This document shows, in pieces, positions 1 to 11,734 of a stretch of 64,000 nucleotides of DNA; position 1 is the stretch's first letter; every line of letters begins with the position of its first letter. A program made the translations under genes and the position numbers. Under the pieces are notes generated by a model. That model saw nothing but the letters and a program-made list of their open reading frames with translations, did not search any database and was not told the origin of the DNA. This stretch comes from Ascoidea asiatica JCM 7603. Taxonomy: Eukaryota; Fungi; Ascomycota. The stretch spans positions 328,913-392,912 of the forward strand of contig BCKQ01000009.1 in NCBI GenBank assembly GCA_001600695.1, written 5' to 3'.

Positions 1-994
1 AGAAATATGTAAAAATAAAGAATATAGAATAAGAAAAAGAAATTCAATCAAATTCAGGCAAGTAAGATCAGACGTGAACATAAATTAGTATAAATGAAAC
101 GTAAGCAACCGATAAAAACAAAATTATCACAAGTATGGTAAATTGGGGAGAGGAATCTGCAAAAATTTCAATAGAGCAACGTTTGAATAAAAATCTGTCT
201 AGCTAACTTTCACATTGCCTTTTTTCTGTTTCCAGCCTCATTTCCTACCATCATCGTATTTGCAGTAGATTATGAGTATAAAAACTGTGTTTCCCAAAAG
301 TCAATTTTCTTTTTCTCTTTCATTCCCTCCTTTTCATTTAGTTTATCCTTTATTATAGTTTCTTGTATAAACACAGTATACTATGATAGTGGTGTTTGAT
401 ATAATTTTACATACTTTAATTCAGATAGACTCCAATTGAAAACGTCGTATCATATAGTCTTTGGAAACTATTTTTTTATTGACTTTACTTAAATTATGAA
501 AGTAATTGTTTTACTTTTATTTTCAACATTAAAATCACCTGAATTTTTACTTATTCTAACTTTCATTATTAATTGACAATCTTAAAATTCAAAATAATAA
601 TTTTATAATTTTAACTAATTTTTTATTGATATATTAACTGATTTTCTCTGTTTTTTTTTTGAAATTTTGTTTCAAATACTTACACATCTGAATATATGTA
701 TATTTAAAGATCTGTATACCTGTTTCTTTACAAACTCATTAAAATATTAACAAATCTTCCAGCTTTGTGATATTTGAATTTTGCTAACAACACCTCTGTT
801 AAACGGAATACAGCATTTACCAGCCTAGCCAGGTTGTTATACTTTTATTACTTTACTAACGTTACAGATTTCTATTTTTGACTATTATTTTCCAAAGTAA
901 AATACAGATAATACTTGTAACTTTACTTTATAGCATTATTATAATCCTTTTACTTCTAAAAATCAATTCCAATATTCACATTATTCTAAATTAA

Positions 995-3814
995 ATGAGT
1001 TTTCAAAACAAGTTTATAAATTTTAGTCAATCAAGTTCTATTTTATCACCTAAATCTTCAATTCCATTACCCGAAACTACTATCTATTTACCATTACCAC
1101 TATATAATAATAATAATAATAATACTAGTAATATTAATAATTTTAATAATAATAATAATAATAATTACATTGATAGTAATATCAATAATAATATTAATAA
1201 TACTAATAAAAATATCGATAATACTAATATTAATAACAGCAATAATAACTACTTATATAGCAAGTACCACTATAATAACAATATAAACAATAACTTTAGC
1301 AACAATATAAACTACAATCTAAACTACAATAACGGTATTTCACTTATGAATCTAAATCAAAAATTAAATCAAGCGGTAAATCAAGAATTGAAACAAGAAA
1401 TAAATAAAGAAGCAATTCAAGATTCAAATAATATCCAAAATCATGAATCGAATGTTGAATTAACTCTAGAATCTAATCAAGATCCAAAAAGAATTAAAAA
1501 ACAGAGAACCAGAAGAGCATGCGATGCCTGTAATTCAAAAAGAACGAGATGTAATGGTGGTAATCCTTGTGAACGTTGTATAAGAACAAATAAAAATTGT
1601 ACATATTTAAGAGATGAAAAAAAAAGAGGTAGAGCAAGTGATAAATATCCAAAAGATCCAAAAAAAAGAAAATTTCAGAAAATGATTTATGATGAAGAAA
1701 TGCGTAATCGTTCAATTCAAGTAAATCCTTCAAATCAAATAAATCCATTAAATTCTTTAACAAGTACAGAAAATAATGAAAATCCTGAAAATTTTAATAA
1801 CACTTTAAATTCTTTAGCTTCATTTATACCTCAAGAAAATAGCCTTTCTACACCATCTGATTCATCTAATCTGCCCAATCTACTTAATCCTTTTAATAGT
1901 ATACATCCTATAGCTCAAACAAATGAACCAATATATTCACTACCAAACTTAAATTCTCTGCCAAATCCTTTAAATGAAAATCCAATTTCTTATACAGGAA
2001 GTGATAAATTATCTGATATACCCTCTGTTTATTCAAATTTTTCCGGTAAATTTAATTCAAATAGAAATAGTTATTTTTCGACTTCAGAATCTTCGAATCC
2101 AACAACTTTCTCAAATAACGAAAACAGTTTCAAACAAAATAATGATTTTTCTAGTAAATATGATAATTTTTTGCCTATAAAACATTCCATACCACCGATT
2201 ATCAATCTAAAAAATCTATCTGTAACAAAAGGCTTAAAATATAAATGTTTATTAAATTTTGCTCCAGTATTGCAAAGTATAAATATTCCAAATGAATTAG
2301 CGAATGAATTGCTCGAACATTATATGAAAGATTCTCCACCCCCGTTGAATGTACTTCCTTTACTTCGTCCAAGAGATTTTTTGGTTGGAATAGAAGAAAA
2401 TGAAAAGCAATATAGATATACTTCTACTTCTCTTTTAGCTTCCATAATGTGTTGCTCGGCTTTTGATCTTGATCATCCTTTAATAATTGGAAGTAAAAGA
2501 AATGCAATAATCTCAACCTTTCACACTTTAGCAAAAAAATTACTACCTTCCGAGTATTTATTAGAAGACTTTAAAATACCTCCTAGTATACCTGATCATA
2601 TAAGAGCTATTGATGAAGTCATATCATTAATGATGCTTCATTATATTTCCTTTTATAAATCTAATTTTTCAGAAACTTTAGTGTTTTTGAGAAATGCAAT
2701 TTCGTTAGCTCGATCAATTGAATTGAATAAAGAATTACCAATTTATAATTTAAGTGTTCAGTTAGATGCTCAAAATAACTCAGAAATAATTGGAAAGTCA
2801 ACTTCCAACTCTGCTTTAATCGGAGAAATAATCAAAGAAGAACGAAGAAGGGTTTGGTGGGGCTTATACATTTTTGATCGACAATATTCAATGTGCTTTA
2901 ACACTCCCTTACTGATTCAAGATGGCCAATCATCTGACTTATATCAACCTTGTGATAATTCTCTTTGGTACTCGAACGAAGAATTTCCAATCACATTACC
3001 GCCAGAAGAGTTTGAAAGGCGACCTAAGGGTATTTCATTTGATTTGATTGGACCTGGTGCTTTTGGATGGTTATTACCTCTTTATATGATAGTTGGAGGA
3101 ATATTAGACTTAAGATATCTTGCTGTATCAAAATTTCAAAGAGGATTAATAAAAGAAGATAAAGATGATGAGGTTTTAGCATCTTATAAAGATCAATTAA
3201 AAAATCATTTAGTACTTTATTCTGAACGAATTTTATCACTAAAGGCTGGCAATATTATTGATTTTCATTATGCTTGTGTATTCAAGAATGTTGTTTCTTA
3301 TTTCTTAGCTCATGATTTCTGTAGCTTTGATGTTTCAACCATATTGAATTGCAATCCTTATTCAGATGTTGAAATGACTGAAGAAGAACTAGTTGAAAAA
3401 GAAAACAGTGAAATGCAATGGTCGGATTATGGTAATGCCAGTCTTTCAATTTTATTTGAGTATGATAGTCGCTTGAAATCTTATACTTTTTTTTTAGGAT
3501 TTTTTCTTTTTATTGCCGCCTTAGATACATTGAAAATTTTAAATCAGGCGCACTACAGTCGTTATGTTAAAACAGTAAAAAGAGTGCGACCTGGTGTCAA
3601 TGTCCTAATCAATTGCATTGAAAGTGCTACCATATCTTTACCTGCTGACTTCTTAAGAATAGTAAGGAACTCTTTAAGAGAAGCTGTAAGGGATGCTGAC
3701 AATTTAATATTATTGAATGACTATAGACCTCAGCTAGAATCAAACAGGGAAAAAAGAAATCAGGCTCTTTCTATTTTTACATGGAAGAAAGATGGATATG
3801 GGCTACGAATATAA
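995..3814 (+). CDS. Zn(II)2Cys6 transcription factor, XlnR/Xyr1/AraR-like
   Basis: Binuclear cluster CDACNSKRTRCNGGNPCERCIRTNKNC followed by KKRGRAS; fungal TF middle-homology motif EERRRVWWGLYIFDR; XlnR-like blocks FGWLLPLYMIVGGILDL and ILFEYDSRL, and C-terminus SIFTWKKDGYGLRI; Asn-rich N-terminus. Confidence 0.9.
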   Translation: MSFQNKFINFSQSSSILSPKSSIPLPETTIYLPLPLYNNNNNNTSNINNFNNNNNNNYIDSNINNNINNTNKNIDNTNINNSNNNYLYSKYHYNNNINNNFSNNINYNLNYNNGISLMNLNQKLNQAVNQELKQEINKEAIQDSNNIQNHESNVELTLESNQDPKRIKKQRTRRACDACNSKRTRCNGGNPCERCIRTNKNCTYLRDEKKRGRASDKYPKDPKKRKFQKMIYDEEMRNRSIQVNPSNQINPLNSLTSTENNENPENFNNTLNSLASFIPQENSLSTPSDSSNLPNLLNPFNSIHPIAQTNEPIYSLPNLNSLPNPLNENPISYTGSDKLSDIPSVYSNFSGKFNSNRNSYFSTSESSNPTTFSNNENSFKQNNDFSSKYDNFLPIKHSIPPIINLKNLSVTKGLKYKCLLNFAPVLQSINIPNELANELLEHYMKDSPPPLNVLPLLRPRDFLVGIEENEKQYRYTSTSLLASIMCCSAFDLDHPLIIGSKRNAIISTFHTLAKKLLPSEYLLEDFKIPPSIPDHIRAIDEVISLMMLHYISFYKSNFSETLVFLRNAISLARSIELNKELPIYNLSVQLDAQNNSEIIGKSTSNSALIGEIIKEERRRVWWGLYIFDRQYSMCFNTPLLIQDGQSSDLYQPCDNSLWYSNEEFPITLPPEEFERRPKGISFDLIGPGAFGWLLPLYMIVGGILDLRYLAVSKFQRGLIKEDKDDEVLASYKDQLKNHLVLYSERILSLKAGNIIDFHYACVFKNVVSYFLAHDFCSFDVSTILNCNPYSDVEMTEEELVEKENSEMQWSDYGNASLSILFEYDSRLKSYTFFLGFFLFIAALDTLKILNQAHYSRYVKTVKRVRPGVNVLINCIESATISLPADFLRIVRNSLREAVRDADNLILLNDYRPQLESNREKRNQALSIFTWKKDGYGLRI

Positions 3815-4397
3815 TTATTTCTTAAATCATATAAATGAAATTTCCTTTTTTTACCTTCTAAGCCATAAGTTATTTGGTCTGATAGAAAAAGTATTTAATT
3901 AAAAAAAATATAGACTAAATTCTCGTTTCTTAATAAAAGAGTCTAGATTAATTATTATAGTTATATCTACATATTTGATGGTTTATCTTGGATCTTAGGA
4001 ATCGTTGGGTGAATATATTGTTATTATGACTCTGGATATAAGAAATTCAAAGAAATCTAGAAAAATTCATGTTTTCGATTTTGGTGGTTATTGAGATAAA
4101 TAAAGAAAAATTTCCGATTATATTTCTATTATTTATTGTCTATACTATATATCAATATAAATAGCTAAAAAAATTTTTTAATAATTTTTACACGAGGAAA
4201 TATAATTTTGAGTATTTAATATAACTCTTTATAACTAGCAATTTGCAAATCAAGCTAAAAACAGGTTTATATTTACCGAAATTCAAGTTAAAAGACTAAC
4301 CAAGCTAAGAAAAGAGGCTAAGATTGAAGTATAAGAAAAAGGCAGATATTTTTATAGATCTCCTAATTATTAAGTCTTATTTTGTTACTAGCAAAAG

Positions 4398-5819
4398 TTA
4401 TTCAAAGTTTGGAAATTTTTGCCCATATAAAATTAGAAGATCTTTTTCATATTGCTCAAACGTCATCAATACTTTCTCACTTTCTTTAAGATTCTGAAAA
4501 TTCTTTTGAACAATTAAATTTAATTTTTCTTTGCATTTGTCTGGCGAAAAATTAAACATATTCAAGCGATTAAATTTTTCATGAATTCTTTTGTGTCTAT
4601 TTTTCCAATCATCTGCTATAATATCCTTCAAAATAGAAATATCATCCGAAGACCATTCTTTGAATCTATTTTTATGAGTTCTTAAATACCTCATTTGAAT
4701 AGATTGCCAAGTATATTTATTATTGAATAACGTTGAAATCATTTTCCAAGAATACTTAGTTTCTTCTTTATAGAAAATTAGCATTTCATCATCTTCTTTT
4801 GTCCAACGTGTTTGTCTACTGGAACTTATTTTTGCTTGCAATTCTTTTCTTTGTCTTGAGGTTCTTTGGTAAGTAGTTCCAATAGATTGATCAGTTTGAC
4901 TTCTTTTTTTGATTTTATTTGGCTTGAAGTTATTAAATCTTTTAGGTTCATTTGAGATTGATTTTAAAGTTTCTTTTGAATTTTGATTATTTTGATTATT
5001 TTGATTATATTGATTAAATTTTTGCAAGTTTGAAGGAAAAAATGATTCGGATTTTGACTTTAAATTTTCATTTAAAGTATCTATTGTAAGAGCTCCAGCA
5101 GATCTTGGAATATTATATTCATAATCTGCAACCTTTTCTTGAGGCAAATCAATATTTGTAACTGAGTGGTTGGGTGAATTAAAGATATTTTGCAAAACAT
5201 AATTTTCACTAATATTTAAATCGTTATTTGAATAGCTATTAGTTTGAAAAGAATTTGAGGTTGATGTATTTAATGGAGAAAATAATGAGTTGGAAGCAAA
5301 TGATAAATTCAAATTAGAATTAAAAGCTGAGCTTGAATTTGTTTCGGCGCTAACTTTTTGGTGATTCATTTTGGAATCATTGTTTATTTTTTCTTCAATA
5401 AAATAATTTGGAAAGGTATAAGACCTAGTGTATTGGGGTTGAAATTCATTTGAAATATTGGCGTCAATAAAGTTATGGCTGATTTGATTAATTTCTGAGT
5501 TAGAACAATTATTATGATTTAAATCTTTAGAGGAAAAAGAAATCAAATCACTGTTATATTTTCGGGAGTTATCTCTATTTGCTTTTAAATCATTGGCGCT
5601 TAATGGAAGAAGTGAAATATCATTTTGATAATTCTCAAGATTTGAGACTTCATACTTTTGTGCATTTGAATTTGAAATAAAAGTTTTAGAAGAATTAGCT
5701 TGTTTATTTGGAAATGTTGATCTCAATGATTGACTACTCGATAAAGCATCAGAGTCAAATAGAACTTGATTGAAATCATTTAAAGCGATAAAATTTGAAA
5801 AGCTTGAATGGTTATTCAT
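4398..5819 (-). CDS. Myb/SANT-repeat protein (resembles Candida Adf1/Aaf1 adherence factor from recall)
   Basis: Two C-terminal Myb-like repeats: RWTKEDDEML..SWKMIS..TWQSIQMRYLR and EWSSDDISIL..DWKNRHKRI; low-complexity N/S-rich N-terminus. Confidence 0.75.
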   Translation of the reverse strand: MNNHSSFSNFIALNDFNQVLFDSDALSSSQSLRSTFPNKQANSSKTFISNSNAQKYEVSNLENYQNDISLLPLSANDLKANRDNSRKYNSDLISFSSKDLNHNNCSNSEINQISHNFIDANISNEFQPQYTRSYTFPNYFIEEKINNDSKMNHQKVSAETNSSSAFNSNLNLSFASNSLFSPLNTSTSNSFQTNSYSNNDLNISENYVLQNIFNSPNHSVTNIDLPQEKVADYEYNIPRSAGALTIDTLNENLKSKSESFFPSNLQKFNQYNQNNQNNQNSKETLKSISNEPKRFNNFKPNKIKKRSQTDQSIGTTYQRTSRQRKELQAKISSSRQTRWTKEDDEMLIFYKEETKYSWKMISTLFNNKYTWQSIQMRYLRTHKNRFKEWSSDDISILKDIIADDWKNRHKRIHEKFNRLNMFNFSPDKCKEKLNLIVQKNFQNLKESEKVLMTFEQYEKDLLILYGQKFPNFE

Positions 5820-6241
5820 TTTTGTTACTTGAAGGAAAAAACAAGCTAACGATGTATATTTTTATTGATGTGAATATATAAACCAGGATTGAAAAAAAAG
5901 AGAAAAAAAAATTAGTTTTGAAAAATTAATAAATGTCGTGAACGAAAGAAAGCAGGATTGATCAACAATATGACATTAAAAGAAAATAAACAATATAAGT
6001 ACCAATAAGCTTTAGCCTACTGGGATCAATTTAACATTTCATGAGATCTATAAATTCTGAAACTTATCAAGTTGTTCCGCCAAAGCGGCGTCATCTCTAT
6101 TTGCAAGAGAAATATGTATGAAGGTAAAATATTGGTGATTGCAATATTAACTGCTGATGATACATCAATGTTCAAAAATACTTCAATGTTATACAGTACT
6201 GCACAGCACCATTTAAACGAAAATTATTGGGTTATTGCGAT

Positions 6242-6748
6242 TCAATTTAGTGAAAAAGTGTTGCTTCTTCCTTGAGTTCTGAATCTCTCTTTATATTTGG
6301 CTGCTCTTGAATCCTGTTTAAGGGAAGTAGAGCTTCCATTGCTGGGTTGGCGTATGTATCCATTATGATTGTTGGCTAAAGCTTTCAAGGAAGTAGTACT
6401 GGACTTCTTGTACATATCTTGTAGAGAGGCAGAAGCTTGTGTCTGTTTTCTTGCTATTGGCTTGAATCTTTGAATCGGTTCTTCATCACCACCATCATTT
6501 ATCTTCAAAGGTTCTGTCTGTGCTCTTCTGTTCTTAGTAGAATATGTATTTAGCTGTCTCTGTTGTTCTAATGCACTTCGATCTTCAAGCCATTCTGGAA
6601 GTTGAATTGTATTATCTAGATAATATTGAACAATAGACTTGTGTATTACAGTATCTGTTTCTATTCTACCATCTTTTTCAGTATGACCACCAACTGTAGA
6701 TATTTTGGAAGTGACTTTTGACCAGAAGTTCCCGTTCATCGCAGTCAT
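6242..6748 (-). CDS. MSO1: Sec1-binding exocytosis protein Mso1
   Basis: EKDGRIETDTVIHKSIVQYY...LPEWL matches the Mso1 Sec1-binding motif; SLQDMY motif; size fits. Confidence 0.8.
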   Translation of the reverse strand: MTAMNGNFWSKVTSKISTVGGHTEKDGRIETDTVIHKSIVQYYLDNTIQLPEWLEDRSALEQQRQLNTYSTKNRRAQTEPLKINDGGDEEPIQRFKPIARKQTQASASLQDMYKKSSTTSLKALANNHNGYIRQPSNGSSTSLKQDSRAAKYKERFRTQGRSNTFSLN

Positions 6749-7365
6749 TTTTATTTTGGTTTTAGATGTGATATTAAAATAGATAATCTTAAATGAAAAT
6801 AGAAAAAATTTAGTTTAACTGTCAAATAAATAGTTCAGAAATAGTAATTAAGCTACATTGAAGATATGTGTTTGCATTCTTATGAAAGAAACTCATTGAA
6901 ACTCATGTTTAACAATAACAACCTGTAACGTTCTTTTTTTGAGTTTTGTGCGAGCGTTAACGTAGTAAAGTGAAAGAGATTTAGGTAACTTTAACTCAAC
7001 TTTATGACCATACCCTGAATAACATGAACATTTTTGATCTAACCTCCAATATTTATGGGTAAGTTCCTGTATCTATATTTGGTTTCCCTAAAAAAATCAC
7101 GATTTATGGTCAAAAAAGTAGCGGGCGCCTTTTGAATTATCTAGGACATTTCATAATTGGAAAGGAACGGTTTTAAGCTTATTCTGTTGATTTGCTCAAT
7201 TAGTTGTACGCGATTGAAAAATTGTTCAAGATGCAAATATTACATGCTTAACTACATTTTAATAGATTTCAGAGTAAAACATTAAAGATTATTGATATGA
7301 TATTTACAAAAATTTTGAAAACCTCTTGAGTTGTACTTTACATAATTTGATTTTATTGAAATTCA

Positions 7366-7986
7366 TCAGACATAAAAGGAAACTGATTCATCCTTTAGTA
7401 AGTCAAAAGTTTCACCATCTACAGTTAAAGTCCATTCATGAATTAACAATGGCTGTTTTTTTTCCTTATCAGCAACTAATTTTACAATTCCAGCCTTTTT
7501 TGAGCCTTGAACTTTGAAATTTATATTTATAATACCTTTGAATTGATTTAGTTCACCATTAATCCAAGGAAACAAACCACCGAAATCGATTCCATCACCT
7601 AGAATATCTCTTGCATTTTTTGATCTTCTTAAAAAGTACATAGTAGAACCAATTATTGGTGATGAAGATTTTTCATAATTAATTATTCCATAAAAAGAAG
7701 CAGCTATTATCACAATAAACGCCATCAATTGCTTCCTATTTTTCCTTTGCTCTTTGAAAGGATCGGGAAGCTCTCTATCTACTGTCATTTTAACTCCTCC
7801 TTTTGAAATAACTTCTTGATTTTTCATTTCATTTGAAGTGATAGTAGTTGATGACTGCTCTCTTTTCAAAATGGTGCCATTGCTTATATTTATTATTGAA
7901 GGAGATAATTTAAAGTGTGAAAAGCCTACAAAATTTCTTCTGTATAATTTAGAAGATTCTAAAGCTATTTTTTTAAAACTAAACAT
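7366..7986 (-). CDS. COA1: Cytochrome c oxidase assembly factor Coa1
   Basis: Mitochondrial presequence-like N-terminus, VDRELPDP, one TM segment, NYEKSSSPII..TMYFLRRS, PWINGELNQFKG. Confidence 0.88.
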   Translation of the reverse strand: MFSFKKIALESSKLYRRNFVGFSHFKLSPSIINISNGTILKREQSSTTITSNEMKNQEVISKGGVKMTVDRELPDPFKEQRKNRKQLMAFIVIIAASFYGIINYEKSSSPIIGSTMYFLRRSKNARDILGDGIDFGGLFPWINGELNQFKGIININFKVQGSKKAGIVKLVADKEKKQPLLIHEWTLTVDGETFDLLKDESVSFYV

Positions 7987-8123
7987 TTTTGAATTTGATA
8001 TTTATTCTTTTAATAAGCGATCTTCACTTGCAATTAAATCAGAAATATTTCCTCCCTTAGAATAAACAAGAAACATTGTTTTCAAATCCCCATTAGTTTA
8101 TGTTCTCTCTTTGAAGAGGGCAC

Positions 8124-8132
8124 TCACGTGAC
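8124..8132. promoter_or_regulatory. Cbf1-type E-box in the divergent COA1/MSH1 promoter
   Basis: TCACGTGAC (reverse complement GTCACGTGA) is an exact RTCACGTG consensus in a 370-bp bidirectional intergenic region. Confidence 0.55.
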
Positions 8133-8358
8133 ATACTAAAATATTTAGAGTTCGGATCACTCTTCTTTCATTAATTGAAGCTATCCCAGAACTATGGGCT
8201 CCTTCACTTTTTAGTACTTGTGAAAATTGGGAAGCGTACCTTAAATTCTTGAATGATTTTTCAGAGAGTTTCCAGTTGATCAAAGGTAACTCGTTGTAAC
8301 TTATATCTTTTGGTATTTAAGCCATAATTCAATAGTCAATTGATATGCCTGTTTTCTA

Positions 8359-11300
8359 ATGTTTTTGAAACAGCCTAGGGTTTTCAACAATATAGTGAAG
8401 ATATCTAGAAAAATTAATCTTTCTAATTTTAAATCATCTTATTCTACAGCTCAAGAAATTTCAAAAATAAAAGATGATATCAAAGTAGAGGTTTTGTCTT
8501 TTGATGATCTTCCATCAATAATACCATTAACCCAAGAAGATTATCAATCTATAAAAAAAGAAAAAGCTCCAAATGCGAGTAGATCCGATTCTCTTTTAGA
8601 ATACTCTGGGACAGTAAGGGTAGTGAGATGTATAATGGATCAACATCCAGATAAAGTTGTTTTAACAGAAGTTGGCTCATTTTTTGAATTGTATTTTGAA
8701 AATGCTGAATTTTATGGACCAAAGCTTAATTTAAAACTAGGAAGTAAACAATCAGTAAATATGGCACCTGTTGCTTTCACAGGGTTTCCGAGTTTCAATA
8801 TTGTGAAGTATTTAAACATATTGTTAAATGAATTGAATCAAAGTGTTGTACTAGTAAAACAATATTACAACCCTGATTCTCATGAATCCAAGTTGATTGA
8901 ACGAAAAATACATAGGATAATAACTCCAGGTACTATAATTGAAGAGGACCTACTTAATAAAGAGGTAAATAACTATATCCTCGCAATAAAACTACCACCT
9001 GAAGGAAATTTTATGCGAAATGATATTAAGCCAACTATGAAAATCGGTTTAAGTTGGTGTGATATTTCAACATCTTCATTTTTTGTTATGGAGACTACTA
9101 TCAAAGATTTTATGAATGAACTAAATCGTATAAATCCGAAAGAGGTTATTATAGACTCAGCATTACAAAAATTTAATCTAGAAGGTGGCAGAGTTTTTTC
9201 AAGCGAATTTATTGGTTTGAACAAATTCGTTGTTACCTATTTCAATTCAGCAAAGTTTACAAAACTTATTTCTCGTTATTTTTTCATGTTTGAAAATGTC
9301 AGTGAGAGTGCTGACTTGAAAAGTAATGAATCAATTTCTTATATTTTCAAAGAATTCAAAGAAACTATCAAATATTCATCTTCACTTTTGTTGTCGTATA
9401 TCGAAACTCATTTTCCTAATAATTCTGATTTCTGCTTTGCTAAGCCTGTACAACAGAACCCCGAAAAATTCCTCTTAATTGATTCAAGGGCAAGAAGTTC
9501 TTTAGAACTAAATGAAACCTATAGGGACGGGAAACGAACAGGGAGTCTTTTTAATACTATTAAACGAACAATAACTTCTTCTGGGACAAGATTGTTAAGT
9601 GACTGGATTAATTCTCCTTTATATGACTACAAGCAAATTAATTTTAGATTAAAAATGGTTGAATTTTTTTTAAAAAACAAATTTTTAAGCTCTATCTTAA
9701 CAAAAATTTTGAAAGAGTTATCGGACTATGATATTTGTAGAATATTGGTTAGTTTATCGTTTATTTCATCAAATACTTCTCAACTTAATAACTCTCCGGC
9801 AGTACTTGTCAACGATATGAATTTGAAATTGGGTATTAATTACATTAATTTGGCTAAAGCGTTGGAAAAAATAGAAGAAATTAAAACTCGAATTACTGAA
9901 TTTCTTTCTGAAAATTGTATCAAGCAAACAGCCTTAGATGATTTGGTTAATGGAATTGAAATCCCTCATGAAATATTGACTATGATTGATGAAACATTGG
10001 ATTTCGAAACTTTAATCAAAAACAAAGTTGACCAATTAAACAACACTAAAGATGAAGGAGGCGAAATTTTGGATCTAAATAATATTTCAGTGCAAAATAA
10101 TGATGATGATTTTCTAAACTTGACTTGGACTGTTAAAAGAAATCCCAAAATGGCAAAGCTTACTTCGATATGTAAAATGCATAAAAAACTTGACCGTTTG
10201 CTTTTGGAAAAAGATAAGTTATATAATCAGTACAATGAAATTGTATCAGAACATTCTTTGGTAAAAAAAATGTCATTGAAAATAGAAAGCAATCAGCCAG
10301 TGATTTCGTTCATGTTCAAGGGGGCTGCTTCAAAAAAAGCTCTCATAGCCTCATCATTCAGTGAAATAAGTGACAAAATTGGAAAAGAACATTTAGTTAA
10401 AGATTTTCGGTTATCGAAGGCAATAACAACAAAGGATTGGGATATATTAGGTAATGAAATAGTTAATCAGATTATACAAATAAAGAAGGAGGAACAAAAA
10501 ATTCTTTACTCAATTAGAAAAGATATTCTTTTGAAAAGTGAGCTTTTAAGAAATTGCGCTTTACAAATAGATCAATTAGATATCCTAATATCATTTGCAG
10601 CTTTGGCTCAAGAATTTCAACTTGTTAAACCCAGAGTAACTAAAAAAAATGTTCTTGAAATCACTAATGGACGTCATATCTCTGTTGAAAATTCATTGAG
10701 AGGCAAGTCAATTGAATTCATAGCTAATGATTGTGTGCTCAATGGTGACTTGGTTGATGCTTCGAGTCGAAAACTTGGATATGTTATTTCAGGACCTAAT
10801 ATGGGTGGTAAAAGTACTTTTTTGAGACAAAACGCAATTATAACCATAATGGCTCAAATAGGTTCGTTTGTTCCAGCCGATAAGGCTTTAATTGGCTTGG
10901 TAGATAAAATATTTACAAGAATTGGTTCTGCAGATGACATATCTAACAATCAGAGTACTTTCATGGTTGAAATGAGAGAGACAAGTAAAAGCTTGAATTT
11001 TGCTTCTAAAAATTCGCTAATCATCCTAGATGAGATTGGACGAGGAACTACTACAAACGAAGGAATTTCTATTGCTTATGGTATCTTGAAATTTCTTGTC
11101 AATAAGCTTAAGTGCAGATTTTTATTTGCCTCTCATTTTATTAATGAAATTGATTATTTGATTCTGAAAGATGCAGAAGGAAAGCAATTGAATAATTTAT
11201 TGAGATTCAAACAAACAAGATTCGTTGAGAATGAGAAGTTTCCGAAAGGTCATTATGATCGTCATTTAATTGATGGTATTTGTAGATATTCATTTGCTGA

Positions 11301-11385
11301 TAAAGTAGCGAAGGATGCTGGCATTCCTGAATACGTTTTAGAGACGTGTAAAGAATCCATTAAAATATTAAATAAAAGAACATAG
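8359..11385 (+). CDS. MSH1: Mitochondrial MutS homolog Msh1
   Basis: Presequence-like N-terminus, mismatch-binding VGSFFELY, RIITPGT, Walker A SGPNMGGKST, STFMVEM, Walker B ILDEIGRGT. Confidence 0.93.
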   Translation: MFLKQPRVFNNIVKISRKINLSNFKSSYSTAQEISKIKDDIKVEVLSFDDLPSIIPLTQEDYQSIKKEKAPNASRSDSLLEYSGTVRVVRCIMDQHPDKVVLTEVGSFFELYFENAEFYGPKLNLKLGSKQSVNMAPVAFTGFPSFNIVKYLNILLNELNQSVVLVKQYYNPDSHESKLIERKIHRIITPGTIIEEDLLNKEVNNYILAIKLPPEGNFMRNDIKPTMKIGLSWCDISTSSFFVMETTIKDFMNELNRINPKEVIIDSALQKFNLEGGRVFSSEFIGLNKFVVTYFNSAKFTKLISRYFFMFENVSESADLKSNESISYIFKEFKETIKYSSSLLLSYIETHFPNNSDFCFAKPVQQNPEKFLLIDSRARSSLELNETYRDGKRTGSLFNTIKRTITSSGTRLLSDWINSPLYDYKQINFRLKMVEFFLKNKFLSSILTKILKELSDYDICRILVSLSFISSNTSQLNNSPAVLVNDMNLKLGINYINLAKALEKIEEIKTRITEFLSENCIKQTALDDLVNGIEIPHEILTMIDETLDFETLIKNKVDQLNNTKDEGGEILDLNNISVQNNDDDFLNLTWTVKRNPKMAKLTSICKMHKKLDRLLLEKDKLYNQYNEIVSEHSLVKKMSLKIESNQPVISFMFKGAASKKALIASSFSEISDKIGKEHLVKDFRLSKAITTKDWDILGNEIVNQIIQIKKEEQKILYSIRKDILLKSELLRNCALQIDQLDILISFAALAQEFQLVKPRVTKKNVLEITNGRHISVENSLRGKSIEFIANDCVLNGDLVDASSRKLGYVISGPNMGGKSTFLRQNAIITIMAQIGSFVPADKALIGLVDKIFTRIGSADDISNNQSTFMVEMRETSKSLNFASKNSLIILDEIGRGTTTNEGISIAYGILKFLVNKLKCRFLFASHFINEIDYLILKDAEGKQLNNLLRFKQTRFVENEKFPKGHYDRHLIDGICRYSFADKVAKDAGIPEYVLETCKESIKILNKRT

Positions 11386-11734
11386 TTTTTCTCAAATCAA
11401 TGTAGTTTTAAGAATACAAGAAATTATTGAATTCAGCCCATCTTGCTCCAAACAAAATCCAAATAATTAGCGACATTAGCCACATATTAACAATAATTCT
11501 AGTTTTGGAAATTCCGCCTTTTTTTGGGTGATCCAAAATTTAAGCACAGCACCGGTTCAAATTCCGTGCAAAACTATCGGAATTGATTGTTTATCTAAAG
11601 AGAAGAGAAACTGTAGAACCATAAAGCATTAATCAATCATTGACAACATAAGTAACTAAATTCCCTTTATTGAAGTCTTGTAGGATATTACTTTATTTAG
11701 GAAGTTCTTTTTATAAATTTATACAATAAAACAG

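Noticed and set aside
11545-11570. tRNA-like GGTTCAAATTCC hairpin
   Set aside because: Loop is 8 nt, the B-box terminal C is missing, and I find no D-arm, anticodon arm or acceptor stem.
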